A stretch of DNA of 64,000 nt from Eledone cirrhosa (GCA_964016885.1 OZ024742.1:266290001-266354000); one strand, 5' to 3'. Counted from the first letter of the stretch, positions 37,830-52,767 are shown. Translations and numbers: made by a program. Notes: a model not told the origin generated them from the sequence alone.

Positions 37830-39170
37830 CAGAGATGGTATCATGAACATAGGCATATTGAAAGGTCGCTCAAATGAGGTAAAGATGCTTGAACGTAAGG
37901 AAGTTGATGTTTGTTGTGTTCAAGAGACCAGGTGGAGGGGTAGGTCTGCTAGAAATATTGTGGGCAAGAAACGATGCTATAAGCTTTTCTGGATGGGATG
38001 TGATAGCGGGCTGGGTAGATAAGGTAATTTCCATAAATAGTGTGAATGACAGAATGATTAAAATAAGACTAGTTCTAAATAGGATAGCTGTATCAATTAT
38101 ATCCGCTTATGCACCCCAATCCGGTATGCCAGACGTTATTAAAGACAGGTTCTATGAGTTGCTAATGCTCACTACCTCCCAGATATCCAACAGTGACTAC
38201 ATAATTATTGCTGGCGACCTTAATGGTCATGTTGGACAACATTGTAATGGCTATGATGGAGTCCATGGAGGCTATTGTTTTGGTACTAGAAATGAGGAAG
38301 GCTTCTGGAATTCTGTGATGCAAATGACCTGACTATCTGTAACACAAACTTCAAAAAATGTGACAGTCACTTGATCAAGGGAGCACACCAGCCAGATAGA
38401 TTTTATCCTTACTAGAAGACAAAACAGAGTGTCTGTTATGAACACTAAGTCCTTCCCACGCAAAGAATGCACCTCGCAACATAACTTAATAGTTAGTGGC
38501 CTCATAGTCAGGGCCAGACATACTCGCCGGCAGAGGAATACCTTAAGGAGAAGATTATGGAAGTTGAAGAACCCCACAGCCAGTAATAAATTTAAAAGCC
38601 AATTACTTAATGCTTTTGATAGTAAGGAAGAGCAATTAGAGACATACAATATAGAGGAACAGTGGGAATTCCTTAAAGTTAACCTGTTGAAGGCGACTGA
38701 TGAAATCTGTGGCTGGCGCAGACTGTTAGGCAGGAGGAGAGTGACATGGTGGTGGAACAGTAAGGTGGAGGAGTTCATCAAGGGCAAAAAGCAGGCTTCG
38801 ACAGAATGGCAGGATGGGGGCAGTAGAGAACTCTATCGGGTAGTTAGGAGAGAAGCTAGACAACAAGTATATTTTTGCAAAGAGGGAAGCAGAGGATAGT
38901 AAGTTCAAGCATATTCTACAATGCGAGGACCAAAGATGTGGGGTGTTCAGGATTGCGAGGCAATGTGTCAAGGAGAATTGTGATATTATCGGGGAGACGT
39001 GTGACCGTAATGATGATGGTATACTTGCCCTCACTGGTACTGATAAGGAGGTAGCTTGGAAGTGTCACTATGAGAGACTACTGAATGAGGAGAATGAATT
39101 GAATATAAGATAGTCTGCCCCACATTGATCCAACAGAAGGACTAGCTGTGCAAGTTAATGGTAGTTAACT
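37830..39170 (+). mobile_element. Decayed RTE LINE 5' part (APE endonuclease)
   Basis: IISAYAPQSG, IIIAGDLNGHVG, SQIDFIL, SQHNLI, WWWN. The 3' end is homologous to 25300-25430. Confidence 0.9.
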
Positions 39171-39299
39171 CGATAGCACACAGTATAACCCTCAGAATAT
39201 CCTGCCTATTTTCAAATCTAGAAATATTCAACGAACACACAAACTACTACAACTTAGCTTAACATAAGGAGGGGCTCAAATACATACCCGATAGAGACA

Positions 39300-40615
39300 G
39301 CAACTACAAACCTTACGGCAACTACACGACCCGCACCTATAGGAATAACAAATATAGAACTAAACATAGAAATAAGCAACTGACACACGAAATATAGCCG
39401 AACCAAACACTAATATAGGCACCTCCAGAAAATCCAGAGGTAGGAAATATTTATGGTTCAATCCAATCTTCAACTCTTCCATAAAAACCAACCTACCTTC
39501 TACTTTCTTTAAATTAATTGACAAACACTTCCCTAAACCACACAAATACCATAGAATCTTTAACAGAAAAACTATCAAACTCTCTTACTCTTCTGCAGCT
39601 AACATAGACTCACACATACATGAAATCAACTATAAAAGAATCTTTAAGGAATGTAATCTACCAACATACACCATAGTATCAAATACAAAACGCAAACACA
39701 TAACAGTATCACCACACCCACACACCAGGGCACATTACAACAAAACACCAATGAACCTAAATCCCAGCCCATCCCTAACACCATGCAGAACCGTAACAGG
39801 AAGCCCTCTAAGTGTAACTGCCATGTACCGGATAAATGCCCACTGCAGAATAGATGCCTCGAATCTAATATAATATACCTGTGTACTATCAAATCTGGCA
39901 ATCTAGCATGGCACTACATAGGTTCTACGGCTGGAGATTTCAAAAAAAGATGGTATGTGCATAGACATTCTATAAAACACCATAAACTTGGGAATACAAT
40001 GACACTGACCAATAAAATTTGGCAGCTTAAAGATATCAACCAAAAATATGAGATTAGCTGGTCGAAGTTATCGAGTGCAAGGGCCTATAAAAATGGAATG
40101 TTCAACTACGGACTATGCAATATGGAGATGTTCCACATTTTAAAATATAATAAAATGTTGCTTAATAACAAGATAGAGCGAACAATCTTCTGTAGGCACA
40201 AAGCATCACCAAATTCTCCAACTTCAAACTGCAACCGGCATAATTTGATTTACTGATCTCAGTATTCAGTCAGAACCACCCAGATTTAAATATACTAACC
40301 TCACATCACTCCATTGTTATTAACTATCAACTAACCAATGGGTCATTAAATCAACATTGTGAATACCCCAACCTTTCTTTCCCCTTCTCTCTATAGTCGC
40401 ATCACCTCCATTGTCTCATCCTTAAATCCTTACTCTTTATTCTCTATCTCCTGTTCTTTTTCTCTTTCTCTCTTACTGTTTATTTTAATCCTTTGCTACT
40501 CAATACACTATATCCACTCACCAATATTTCGCCTATCAAATATCGCATTTCTTTTCATGTTATTGTTATCATTACTGTCATCACTATTTTACAATAATAT
40601 TAAGACACTCTAGTG
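39300..40615 (+). mobile_element. Decayed Penelope-like element (RT C-terminus, GIY-YIG endonuclease, 3' UTR)
   Basis: WFNP..IDKHFP..FNRKTIKLSYS, then ORF 39783 CNC..CPL..CLESNIIY..YIGST..FKKRW..H..CRHK. Confidence 0.9.
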
Positions 40616-40624
40616 AAAATTTTG

Positions 40625-41443
<819 letters not shown>

Positions 41444-41589
41444 ATTCTTTCTGTTGTCTTTAAATTTAAGTTAATAGATATTTGTTTACCTATCTTTCTT
41501 CTTCCACCTAAAAACCCATTAATTATTGTATATAAATGGATCTCGAGGCTTCTGTTAACTGTTGGATGTTTCTTTACACATATAAACTC

Positions 41590-41679
41590 GCATATCTGAT
41601 GAGATGTCAAGTTAGAGTTGGGCCCTGGTCATTATGATTGTAACCCGAGCTGATCAATATTGAAACAATTGTAATATGC
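41590..41679 (+). ncRNA. Type-I hammerhead ribozyme upstream of a Penelope RT remnant
   Basis: GCATAT-CTGATGA-gatgt...atatt-GAAA-CAATT-GTA-ATATGC then AATAAA. Palindromic stem III ACAATTGT; cleavage after 41673. Confidence 0.85.
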
Positions 41680-41749
41680 CAATAAAGTTTATATATAATC
41701 TGCAACATTGACTTTGATCCTACTTATTTTATTTATATTCTGCACACTA

Positions 41750-42925
41750 CAGCTGTCTTAATTCTGGAAAACAACCCAACAAGAAATTGACCTCATAAAA
41801 GCATTGAGTGCTTCGAACGGTGCACTGTAGTTACAATCTTAACTTACATATATTTGCTAAATCTGGAAAGACTGTTCTAACAAATATTTGAACCAATTAG
41901 CTGAAAGGATTACCGACATGTACAAATGCTCGGGACTACTGTTACCCACCGATAAAACAGGAATCTTTACACCATGGACCATAACGCCTATGAGTGTCTC
42001 AGATGTGAGATGAACAAAAATTATAAGACAACCTTAATAGCTTCAATTCGACTTACAAGACTTTCATGACCAAACTTAACTTAGCTGTAATGACAGAGTC
42101 CTATAGACCTAGGACACCCAGGATATACATTAAGGGCCACAAAACAAACTTTAGAACCAAGCTCCCTATTAGATTGATAGCTTCCTCTAAGTCCGATCTT
42201 TGAAGGTTCAGTAAAGCCATAATTGACAGGATCCTACCTGAACTGAAGCATAAGATGAGACTTAAACTTTGGATGTCCACTAAAGAGTTAATCAACTGGT
42301 TTTCATCCACTTTGACATCTGAAACTACTACTCTTCCATATCTCCTATACTCATGAATAAGGCCCTAATCATGGCTATGAGTAAATCTAGCTTAACTAGA
42401 GGGGAAGTCAGCATAATTATAGGAGCTAGAAAAAGGCTCATAGAATTCAAGGGCAAACTCTGGGAGTGCAAAGACAGATCTGACAGCTTTGATATCACTA
42501 CGGGCTCTAGCGACTCTGTGCAGGGCACTGATTTAGTAGGTGTTTACCTCCTACATAAATTGTGGGAGAAAATTCCCAGTTTTGGTGGTAAATTGTACAA
42601 AGACAATGCCCTCTTTACTTTCCACGGACTAAAAGACCGCCAACTAGATAAATGAGGAAAAGACTAGGATACTTCTTTAAAAACTACTGACTAGCTTTAG
42701 AATTTAACTACAATACACAGACAGCTAACTTCCTCGACATGACACACGAGCTAGATACCGGCTTTTAGCAACCTTTTCTCAAGCTGAACAAGTGCCTCCA
42801 ATATGTCAACAGACATGCGAACCACTCTCGTGTCATCATTAACTCCATTTTTAATAACATCTCAAATTGAGTCTCCATAGTACCCTCCAATGAAGGAATA
42901 TTCAACTAACATGCTGAATACTATA
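41750..42925 (+). mobile_element. Decayed Penelope-like RT region
   Basis: PTDKTGIF, PRIYI, FDITTGSSDS..TDLVGVYLL, KLYKDN (a YRDD remnant), NFLDMT, YVN..ANH. Confidence 0.75.
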
Positions 42926-44059
42926 ACAGTGGACACCAGGGCTCGTTACATGGAGATCTGTTATGTGGGGGATGCACATGGTGGATACACCAGTATCTAA
43001 CTTGGAGGGTCCCAAACAGAAATGGGCACATAATCCCATGCCGACTACCGGTGCTATAGCTAGTGGTGACCACTAGATGAGCCCGAACATAACGATGACA
43101 TGTTAGATAGTACAAGCAATGCTACAATATACCCATGCTTATCTGGACCAGATTGACAACACACACAATACCACACTTTTCGGGTGACTGCATCCCTAAT
43201 AACCACATTAGAAACTACCATGGTTGCCACTCATGGAAGTGTGTGCAAGGACACACCAGAATTGATGATGCCTATAGGGTGGACATAAGTCGCAACCTCA
43301 CCAGACATCATGGGAACGCTCACTGTAACTTGCCGAGCGGAGACAATCCCAGTCCCACCAAAAGGCCCAATTACAACTCTGGGATCAAGGATATCACTGC
43401 AGATGATGCTGCTCCCAATATCACTATTAAAAAGAACATCAACACTGATGGCATTGCCAGGGCTAGTGGCAATAATAATCACAGGGCTAATAATAATAGT
43501 GACACCGACGAGAGTGGAGATGGCAATGGTGGTGGCATTGGCAGGGCCAACACAGACACTAGTGACATTAGCACTCATAACTCTCCCAACATACGACAAC
43601 TAGAGCTAGGTCATGGCTTGTTACCTGTTTCAATGTGCCCTACTTCAGACACATACAGACAAACATCCCAAGCACCTTCTTTAAGGTTTTTTAACCAACA
43701 TGTGGGGGAAGTTCTCATTTTCCACTACCCCGAACCTCAAAGAAATAATAACCTCCATCAATGGCAGGAAGATGAGGACCTTTGCCAGCAGACATGAACT
43801 CATACTGGGGTAACATCTTTAATCAGCAGTTCAAATACAACATGTCTGAGAACACTGAGCACTGATTCGTGGAGGCCTCGGATATCACCACCCACAAACC
43901 TGCAAATGACATGAAATGCCGATCATGTAACTGTGCAGCCAGTAGCATGTGGCTTTTTTAAGGTCCCCTTTCTTTAACCAATTCCATGTTTGTGGATCTC
44001 TGAATTCTGTTTTCTTTTAAAATATGCTATGAAGGGATTTTTCATTCAGGTTGTTCTTC

Positions 44060-46000
44060 CTCCTTGTTGTTACTTTTTTCTAGGACTCCACCCTTATTAA
44101 CACAAAACTCCATACATATGCCATTGCTGAAAATATGGACAGTGTTAACAAATACATTCAACTCCTTCTCACTCTTCCTGCAGACTTTTTGTTCATCCAT
44201 GTATTGAAGGTGGTTGATGGTAAGCTTTCCTCTTCCCAGTTCATATCCTGCCTTTACTCTTTGCAATATGGGGGACAATGGTATGAGGGTAAGGAAAAAC
44301 AATAAAGGAGAGAAACTATCTCCTTAGAAGATACTTCTCTTGATTTTTACTCCTACCAAGGATTCTCCCCTGATGGCAGATCTGTCTCCCAGGTCTTCAT
44401 GCTATTACTTACTAGCAGTTTGATGTTGACTACCACCTTGAAGATTTCCAGACACTTGGTTATCCAAAAATGAGGAAACATGTTGAATGCCTTCTTGTAA
44501 TTTATCCATCCCATGGCAAGACCAGTCTGCCTCCTCTTACAGTTTCTTATTACCATCTTGTCAATAAGTAACTGGTCTTTTGTACCACGGGACTTCTTCT
44601 GGCAATAAATTGTTTATGTGTGGTGGTAGATTTCCTCAGACATAATGCTTGTTAGCAATTTCCACATGAAGGACAGACATCTGATAGGCCTATAGTTGGT
44701 AACCTCATTACCCTTGATTCGGTCTTTCATTATTACAACTGTGGTACCTTTTGTCAACCACTCTGGTACTTCACTCGACACCAAGTAGTCAATGAACATG
44801 GCTGTCAGTATTGGGTGGGGAGGCATTATATTTTTTGTCCAATACCCTTGCACATCATCCGGGTCTGGTAATTTCCAGTTGGTTAATTTATTGGCCTGCC
44901 TTTTAATGGTTTGACCCGAGTTACTCATATCAGGTTGTTGGTATGCTTGTTCATTAATCTCCTTTTTAACAGTCTCAATCCACTCTGCTCGACTATTATA
45001 CTCAAGATTCTACTCCTGTATCCCTCTCCAAAATGTGTTGGTCTGTTCAGCCTTAGGAATAGCATCATTGCCTCTTACTTTCCTTTCAAGTTGTTCAAAT
45101 AACATCTTCTGGCTGTTGTTGAATATGTGGTTTTGTCTATACTGGCTAACGTTGCTCCCATATCTTTTAATTTTTTCCCTTTTGGCTATGACACGTTGCT
45201 TTAATTCTTCAATTATAACATTTAGCCCTTTTCCCTTTGTGTTGTATTTCCTTGTCAATCTATCCTTAGTATCTATGTTTTGTAAAGCCTGCAGTTTCCT
45301 GATGTCCTTTCTTATTTCCTTGATTTGAACATTCAACTGCTTCTACTAAGGTTCTGTTTTTTCTCATCAGTTTTCCTTTGTTTTGATACCAAGCAATTTT
45401 TTCACTACATTTGCGACTGCTCTAAGGATGTTGTTGCATTGTTGTAGATTTTTCACCTCAAGGTATGGGACGCCCCTGTTTATCTTAGCTGTCATTTCTT
45501 TTAACTATTTTCTGTCTACAAATCTTAGATTCATAGGTTTTCCACTATCATTATTCATTTCTTCCACCAATAAATTCAGAATATCAACAAAATCTTGCCC
45601 TATCCCATCAGCGTTCATTTTCTCAATGGCCATATCTACTTCCTCAGGTCTCCCAACCACTTCACTCTCATTTTCTACTAGCTCATTTGCCTGATTCGCT
45701 CAGCCTTCTACAGGCTCATTTGCCTGATGTACTCCACTTTCCATTTCCACTTTCCTTTTCCAGCTCAATCTCTCTACTCAGTTCCTCCAATTCCAACTTG
45801 CTTGTCCTTCCATTACTTCTTATTACACAAGCCTGACCTGCAAGTTTTTGTTCACCTAATTTAAATAGACCACGATCGTTCCAGATTTTATGCATTCATT
45901 TCCTATAGACTTTCTTAGTGGAATCACTTTTCAGATAACATTTAATTACACTTTTATTCAATTCTTTCTTCCGGTTGGTTCTTGCCTCATTCCTACTTCT
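44060..46000 (-). mobile_element. Decayed R4/Dong-like non-LTR retrotransposon
   Basis: [70 protein letters not shown]. Confidence 0.85.
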
Positions 46001-46519
46001 TTCTCCAACACCAGCTGTGTTTGGTTGACAGCCAGATCCCTGCTGTTAGACTAGGGAGAACTTGCTAGGTGAGAGTCCTTCACATGAAGTTCCAGCTTTT
46101 TTTTCACTGTTATTTGAACTATTTAGGTTCATCATTTAAGTACTCATGAAGAGAATTAGTGAATTCAAGGTTGCATTAACACCAGTGATTCTAACGTGGC
46201 ACCATCACTGGATTTGAGAGTTTATGTGATGCATATTGTTATTACTACCATTAAAGATCTTTGTGCCACCTTGTTTTCTTAATGTGAGCCCTGTGTGGCT
46301 AATGGTGAAATCATTATAATCATTTTTTTTAAATTGTTACTTTTTTCATATGTTTCTGTCGTGGTGGTGGTGGTGTGGGAGTCATTGTAATTGTTTGATG
46401 TCCACGGCTGTTTTTTTTTGTGGTTATCATTCCCTCTTTTTTTTTAGTTTCAAGGACACCAACATCAGTCTATAAAGAGATTGATGTCTACTTTTTGAAG
46501 TCACTTGGGCTGCTAGTGT

Positions 46520-47240
46520 TGTTGTTGCTGTTTTTGTATTTTGTCTTAGCAACTGTCTGGCAGGTACTGACTAGATTTTCCTAATGCGTCAGTGTGAACC
46601 TGGACCAACCACGTAGGGTCATCTAGATCATATATAGATAGGTTTTTCATTAGGTTAGCAGAAAAGGATAGTATAGGCTGTCCACAATTTTGAACAGTCA
46701 CCTATACAGACCACAAATTTGTGATCTGCATGGTTGCCCTAGATGGAACATGTAGGCTAGGACCTGGTTACTGGAAGTTTAATGCATCATTCCCAGCACG
46801 TTATGCCCAGCAGAGATAGGATCACCCCTTTAGTTAAGTGTAAGTTAACGGGGTGTTGTCAACAACAGGTGGTGGGGTTCTCTCAAGAGAGAGACTAGAG
46901 TGTCAATAGAATTTAGCAAAGAAGTAGCAATAGAAAAAATAGAAATGAATGGGAGCTGGGAGGTAAATTAGAAGAGGGGATTAGTAGTGACACTGCTACT
47001 GAAGTATTAGCAGTGAGAATGGCATTAAACCATTTCTTCAATGGGAAACACAAAGGTTGCATTGTCAGCTCTAAGAAATGAGGGCCCATGTGGCTCAGGC
47101 ATAACGTGGAAACAAAAAGACGATTCGGTCTTTGACGGACCAAGACAAATGTGTGCTGAACAATTCCAGGCAGATGTGTGAGGCTTTTTGCCAGCACTTT
47201 GCTCAACTATTCAAAGGGAGGGGAGGGGTCAGAGATGGTG
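46520..47240 (+). mobile_element. Highly decayed L1/Tx1-like LINE fragment
   Basis: SRSYIDRF and GPGYWKFNAS motifs from the endonuclease end and linker. Confidence 0.55.
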
Positions 47241-47244
47241 GCAG

Positions 47245-47845
47245 ACTTCACGCAAGTGTGTCACCTTGTAGAACTCCTGCTTTTACTTCAAAGGATTCAG
47301 TCTCGCCATCAGGTGATACAACGGTGGCAGTGGTGGTTTTGTACAGAGCTTCAATTGCCTCAACAATTCCAAAAGGTATTCCGTTTAAGTATTTTAAACA
47401 GAAAATCTCTACTGTTAGAATCAAATGCCTTGTGAAAGTCGACAAAGCAGATCGTGATCTCCCTGTTGAGTTTTTTCATTTCTTCCAGTATGCGGCAAAT
47501 AGAGAGAATTTGAGCAGCTGTTGTCCTGCCTCTTCTAAATCTATTCTGGTTCTTGCGAAGTAAAGGACCAAGGGCAGGGACAATCCTATTTAACAGAAGC
47601 TTGTTGTAGACTTTTGCCGCAATTGGCATGATAGTTATACCCTTATAATCTACTACACTTGTTAGATTGCCCTTTTTGGGGACAGGGACTATTCCACCCT
47701 TCAGCCAGGTTGAAGGAGGAGAGTGATGTATGATAGTGTGGTTGCAGAACTCAAGAAGGAAGTCATGAAAAGTTGGATCTTTCCACAGCAGTATTGGTAA
47801 ATTGTCAAGATCTGGAGATTTGTTGTTGGAGAATTCTTTGAGGGT
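47245..47845 (-). mobile_element. RTE/RTEX-like RT fragment
   Basis: YKGITIMPIAAKVYNKLLLNRI..LRKNQNRFRRGR..FVDFHKAFDS..GVLQGDTLA. Confidence 0.85.
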
Positions 47846-48185
47846 CGTTTTATTTTTTTATATATGAATATTGATTGTTTTCTTGTATCTCATTCTGTTA
47901 TTTTGCCCGAGAAAATATCTATGTGTGTTATCAAAAGTTGTACACACATGAATATTTTTTCAAGTTCCAATTGAGTTCTAGCACGTGGCCTGAATTCCTT
48001 TTAGAGTTCAATGTCATGCGCATGTATTGTTTTTTTGGCAGTAACTTACTTCCTCATTTTTTAATCGGTTTGAGTGTTTCTTTAGAACTGCTGGAATAGC
48101 AACCTAACAGATACCTCAGGCACTGATGGTGATTATCGCTAAATACTGATATTGGTTAGATTATCAATATTAGTATTATTGGGCA

Positions 48186-48259
48186 CCCACTGATGAATTA
48201 TTGGTATAATTTCACCCAAATTGTAGGAATCCTATAATGAAACGAGACGTCCGTCTGGG
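48186..48259 (+). ncRNA. Type-I hammerhead ribozyme
   Basis: CCCA-CTGATGA-ATTAT...ATAAT-GAAA-CGAGACGTCC-GTC-TGGG. Stem III contains the palindrome GACGTC; cleavage after 48255. Confidence 0.85.
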
Positions 48260-48431
48260 AAGAGATATATTCGATATGTCTCATATGAAATAATACAGCC
48301 AATTTTCCACACAATACATTTAGTTAGCACCCCGAACGCATAATTAGGAATATACTTACTTATTTCCTAATGTTTGTTGAGTGAGTTGGAATTTGGCCGG
48401 AGTATCGCTAAAAAGCTTTCTTCGATAATGC

Positions 48432-48473
<42 letters not shown>

Positions 48474-48829
48474 AATACACACAAAAACAGCTGTGTATAT
48501 TTAATCCAGTTATCTGGTTTTATTCCAATCTTTCTCCTACTTACCTGAATTATCTTATCTATTTATATATTATCATTACCACTATCACCTCCACCACCAC
48601 TGCTACCACCACCAGCAGTTTCACTATCACTACTATTAAAAACTATAAACAACCCCAAACCCCCACCAACACCAATACAATATCATATAACTGATCATAT
48701 CATATAACATGAATACATTCATTGATTAATACAGCCAAATTTTCAGAAATGGTTTTAATCTTAATATGTCCACTTTTTGTGTCAGGTCGCTTTTGAGCGC
48801 TACTGGTAATATATATCCCAGTACAACTT

Positions 48830-50360
48830 GTAACATGGTCAGGCCATTAGCGACTAAACCAGCCTCCTCACCAAGCTTGATTGGTGAGGAGGCTGATATT
48901 TGGACACCAATGGAATGAAAAACAAAACCCAACAAAAGGCAGAGGAACTCAATAGAGTCAATAGTCATCCAAATAACATAAACATGTGTATGTAGTCTTG
49001 TGTTTTCTCTCATCATACTTGTGGTATGATGGCCCATCCCTGATAGCAGATACATACTCACCTCTAAGATTTGTGCAATATGCAGTACGTGATGTGAGGG
49101 GATAACCGACTTGGGCATTGACAGAAAATCACCCTGGTCAACCTCCTTGTGATGGGAACTGTTAAGCTCACTGGCAGGTGCAGTGGGTAATGAACAGACC
49201 AGGGTGACTTGTTTTTCACAGGCCAAGGCCCTTCTTCAGCCTTCCTAAATAACTGCAAAGAGGTTCAGCGGTAGGTCAGCTCCCTGCTTTGGTAAAAAGT
49301 TTATACAGCTACAAAAACAGCGAAACAAGAAATTTGTCATACAGCTCAACAAGAAAGGGAGGACGCACTTCTGGGAGTGATGATGATGGACGTATATGAA
49401 AACTGAGAGGAAGTCAACTGCCTGAAGGGGCCAATTATTTCTGCCAAACAAACCACTAAAATCAACACATGAAATGTAAAAACTGTATTCCAGTGTGGTA
49501 GACTGACCAAGTTATCAATGAAATGGACAATTATCAGATTGACATGCTCAGCATAAGCGAGATGTGATGGACAGGACAAAAAAGGCTCATGAAAGGAAGC
49601 AAGATCATCTTGTATTCTGGGCACAAGGATACTCATATCCATGGAGTTGGAATCATCCTCAGAAAAGAAGCCAAAGACGCCCTCATTAGCTGGTCACCAG
49701 TAGATCATTGGACCATTACAGCTAAATGTTGCAGTAGACACATGAAAACAACTGTGATTCAAGTCTATGCACCAACCAAGATGGCTGAGGATGATAAGAA
49801 AGATGAGTTCTATGACAAGCTTCCAGAGGTCATAGACGATATTCCCTGACATGACACCTGGCAGCTTATTGATGATAAAAAGAAAGTGAAGAATCAACAA
49901 GATCAAGCCAGAACAGAGCAAAGCAAGACAAATCAGGATGAGAGATATGTCAACCTGGACAAAAAAGTTAAGAGGCATTGCAAGGTTTCTGTTCAGTCTT
50001 ACTGAATAAATTGTTATACCCTAGACACAAAACTTTGAGGAGCAGGCTGGTTTTAGCCTGGTATTGATCAGATCCTAAACCCTAGGAACATCATTGAACA
50101 GAATATAGCAACAAAAAATTTACATCAATTTCATCGATTTCAAGAAGTCCTTTGACAGTATAAACAGAGAGACTGTTTGGAGAATAGCCGAGATCTATGG
50201 AATTCCTCAAAAGTTTATCAATATCTTCTAGAGCCTATAGAGAGAATGATACTGCTGCATCAGGATTAGTTGTGGCTATACAGATTTCTTCGACATAGTT
50301 TGACTAGTGCACCAAGGCTGCATATTATCTCCTCTACTGTTCCTACTCAAAATTGATTTT
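48830..50360 (+). mobile_element. Decayed RTE-like LINE (5' UTR, APE, RT fragments)
   Basis: HGVGIIL, TVIQVYAPT..KDEFY, FIDFKKSFDS, HQGCILSPLLFL; 5' hairpin cagcctcctcaccaa/ttggtgaggaggctg. Confidence 0.75.
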
Positions 50361-51424
50361 GCAGTTTTTGTTTCATCACCCGTTCAGTTTGCTTTTTGCT
50401 TTTCATTCATTTGGGATTTATTCTTTCTTACTTTCTCTCCTTATTCTCTGAAATTGGCTGTGTTCAGACCTCTGTCAGGTTTAACTGTCCAAAATATGCC
50501 ATGTGTCACTAAAGTACCCCTATGATTCAATCAAGAGTTAAGGACCCATAACATGGCATTATAACTGTAGACAGTAAATTGAGAGAGCCTGCTGAGTGTA
50601 GGATGAAATATTTTGTGGTATTCTCTGTGCTCTGAGTTCAAACCCTGTCACTGTCAACTTTGTCTTTTATCCATTTGGGGAAAGGGGTGAGTGATAAAAT
50701 AAAGTACTGGTTCAGTGTGGTGCATTGACAGAATTGTTGGAATATTGGAGGTGATGCCTTGCAGTATTTGTTATGGATCTTTGGGTTCTAAGTTCAAATC
50801 TCACTATGGCCTACATGAATGACAAGGCTTAATCGCCTGGTTTAACAGAACCACCTGACCCTTGGTTGCTTTGGCAGGGTATATTTCTTGCAAACATTTG
50901 AGCTAGGACTTCAGTTTAAAGATACTGTTTTCCTCCTTTTCACTGGTCTTGAAGATCTTGAAAAGATTTATGGGCACTACGCTTCCCCCCTTGACTAGTA
51001 AATAGATAAATAAATAAAATAAAACAATAGTTTTCTATATATTTATTCTGATTTTTAAAACTTTAAATCGTGTTGTTTTTTTTAGAAAATGTCCATCTGA
51101 AGTGCATAATTAATTTTTTATATGATATCTGGTGTGAAATAAAGGCGAAAAGATTAAGAACCACTGCTCTATATGCAGGCCTATGAAAATCTAGTAATAG
51201 GCACAGGCCAGATGTGAAATGTAGCCCCTCAAGCCAGTAATTAACCCAGGCCAGATATAAAATGTAGGTTCATAAAAGCTAGTAATAGACCCATGTCAGA
51301 TGAGAAATGTTGACTCCATTTTAAACTGTTCATGAAGTATTTTAGTGATCAATAGTAAATACATATAATTTATGTATACTTTATGAGTGTATATGTGTAT
51401 ATGTAGTGTATATGATATACTTAC

Positions 51425-51576
51425 AAGTAACACCACATGCTAAAAGAACTAGAACTTGAGGTGAGTAGACAGCCTGAAAACCCTACCTGCACCTCCACCA
51501 CTCTGATCTGGTGTTTAGATATAATGGTACTGATTACAATGACACTAGCCAGTAAATTAGTAATAATAATACAAAC
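51425..51576 (-). CDS. Candidate exon 2 of an unidentified divergent gene (hydrophobic segment)
   Basis: tgtacag| acceptor and |gtaagt donor. Only the phase-0 frame is open: VCIIITNLLASVIVISTIISKHQIRVVEVQVGFSGCLLTSSSSSFSMWCY. Confidence 0.45.
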
Positions 51577-52053
51577 CTGTACATTCATTGAGTAAGAAGA
51601 GTATAGTCAATTTAGTTCTTTCTTTACCATATTTCCAATGAAAAATATTGCCTATGATTTTCAAATAATTTTAAAAATAATCAAAACTTTGGAGAGATTT
51701 GATAATATAACTAAATCTCTGGTTATTAAGTTGGTGTTTGGAACATAACATTTTAGATAATTATAAACATTTTAAAATAAACAGCTGTGTATCATAGAAC
51801 TAAGGGTGGTTTGATATCAAAAGGATTCAGTGATCCAATACACGAATGGCACATATTCTATTGGGCCCACAAGGATGGAAAGTAAAGTTTCACACTGGTG
51901 GGATCTGAACCCATGCTATAAAACTAAATTATAATGGTGTGATGGGAAAAAGACCTGCCTGTTACCTGGAAGCATGGGAGTAAATGAATGTAAATGATAA
52001 TAATATTAATGAACTGTAACACCTTTCTCACATCAATACGTTTGGTGGAGAGG

Positions 52054-52758
52054 TGTAGCGAAATCTGTCCGCGCCTTGAACCTTGAGTGATACCTAAAGA
52101 TCAAATTCTAGGTCAACACCCTTTTGGTGTGATCAAGTTCATGCGTGGGCTGTCCCCTCAGGTAGCGGGGGACAGGAAGTGACAGTTATATATAGAGCTT
52201 GTATCAAGCTATTTTAGCCAGATACATCGGAGCATTACACCTATAACAAACTATGTAAGGGTTCACTGCTATCAATAGACCCCAGTGGTCTACAGCCAGA
52301 TACACCGGAGCATTACGCTAGCAACTAACTATGTAAGGATTCACTGCTATCAACAGACCCCATGAGATCTACAGCCAGAGACATCGGAGCACTCCACTAC
52401 AGAACTAGCTATGTGAAATATTCACCACTATCAACAGACCCCATGAGATCTACAGATACACACAGAGAGATTGGAGCCCTACTACTACAGACCATGTACA
52501 AGCCACAGTGGTCTACAACCAATTACAGACCATTCAGAGGTATACAAATCATAACTCTCTCTTATTCACTACGGTCTCAGAATTACTACCACAGACTCCA
52601 AATAACAACAACATTATCTGTTTGCTCGCTGTTTTCACATCAAAAACATTGTCAACCTTAACTCTTGGTAACTGTTTTTATATGTACTTTTTAATTGATT
52701 CACGTGAAGCAAACCATATATAACCAAATCATTTATTCTTTATATTCTCATTATTACA
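52054..52758 (+). mobile_element. Solo-LTR-like repeat with internal ~76-bp sub-repeats
   Basis: TGT...ACA ends; homologous to the reverse complement of ~61680-62180; no target-site duplication found. Confidence 0.6.
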
Positions 52759-52767
52759 TTTACATGA

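Noticed and set aside
48726-49226. 166-aa minus-strand ORF
   Set aside because: No recognisable domain, and it is antisense to the 5' region of a decayed LINE.
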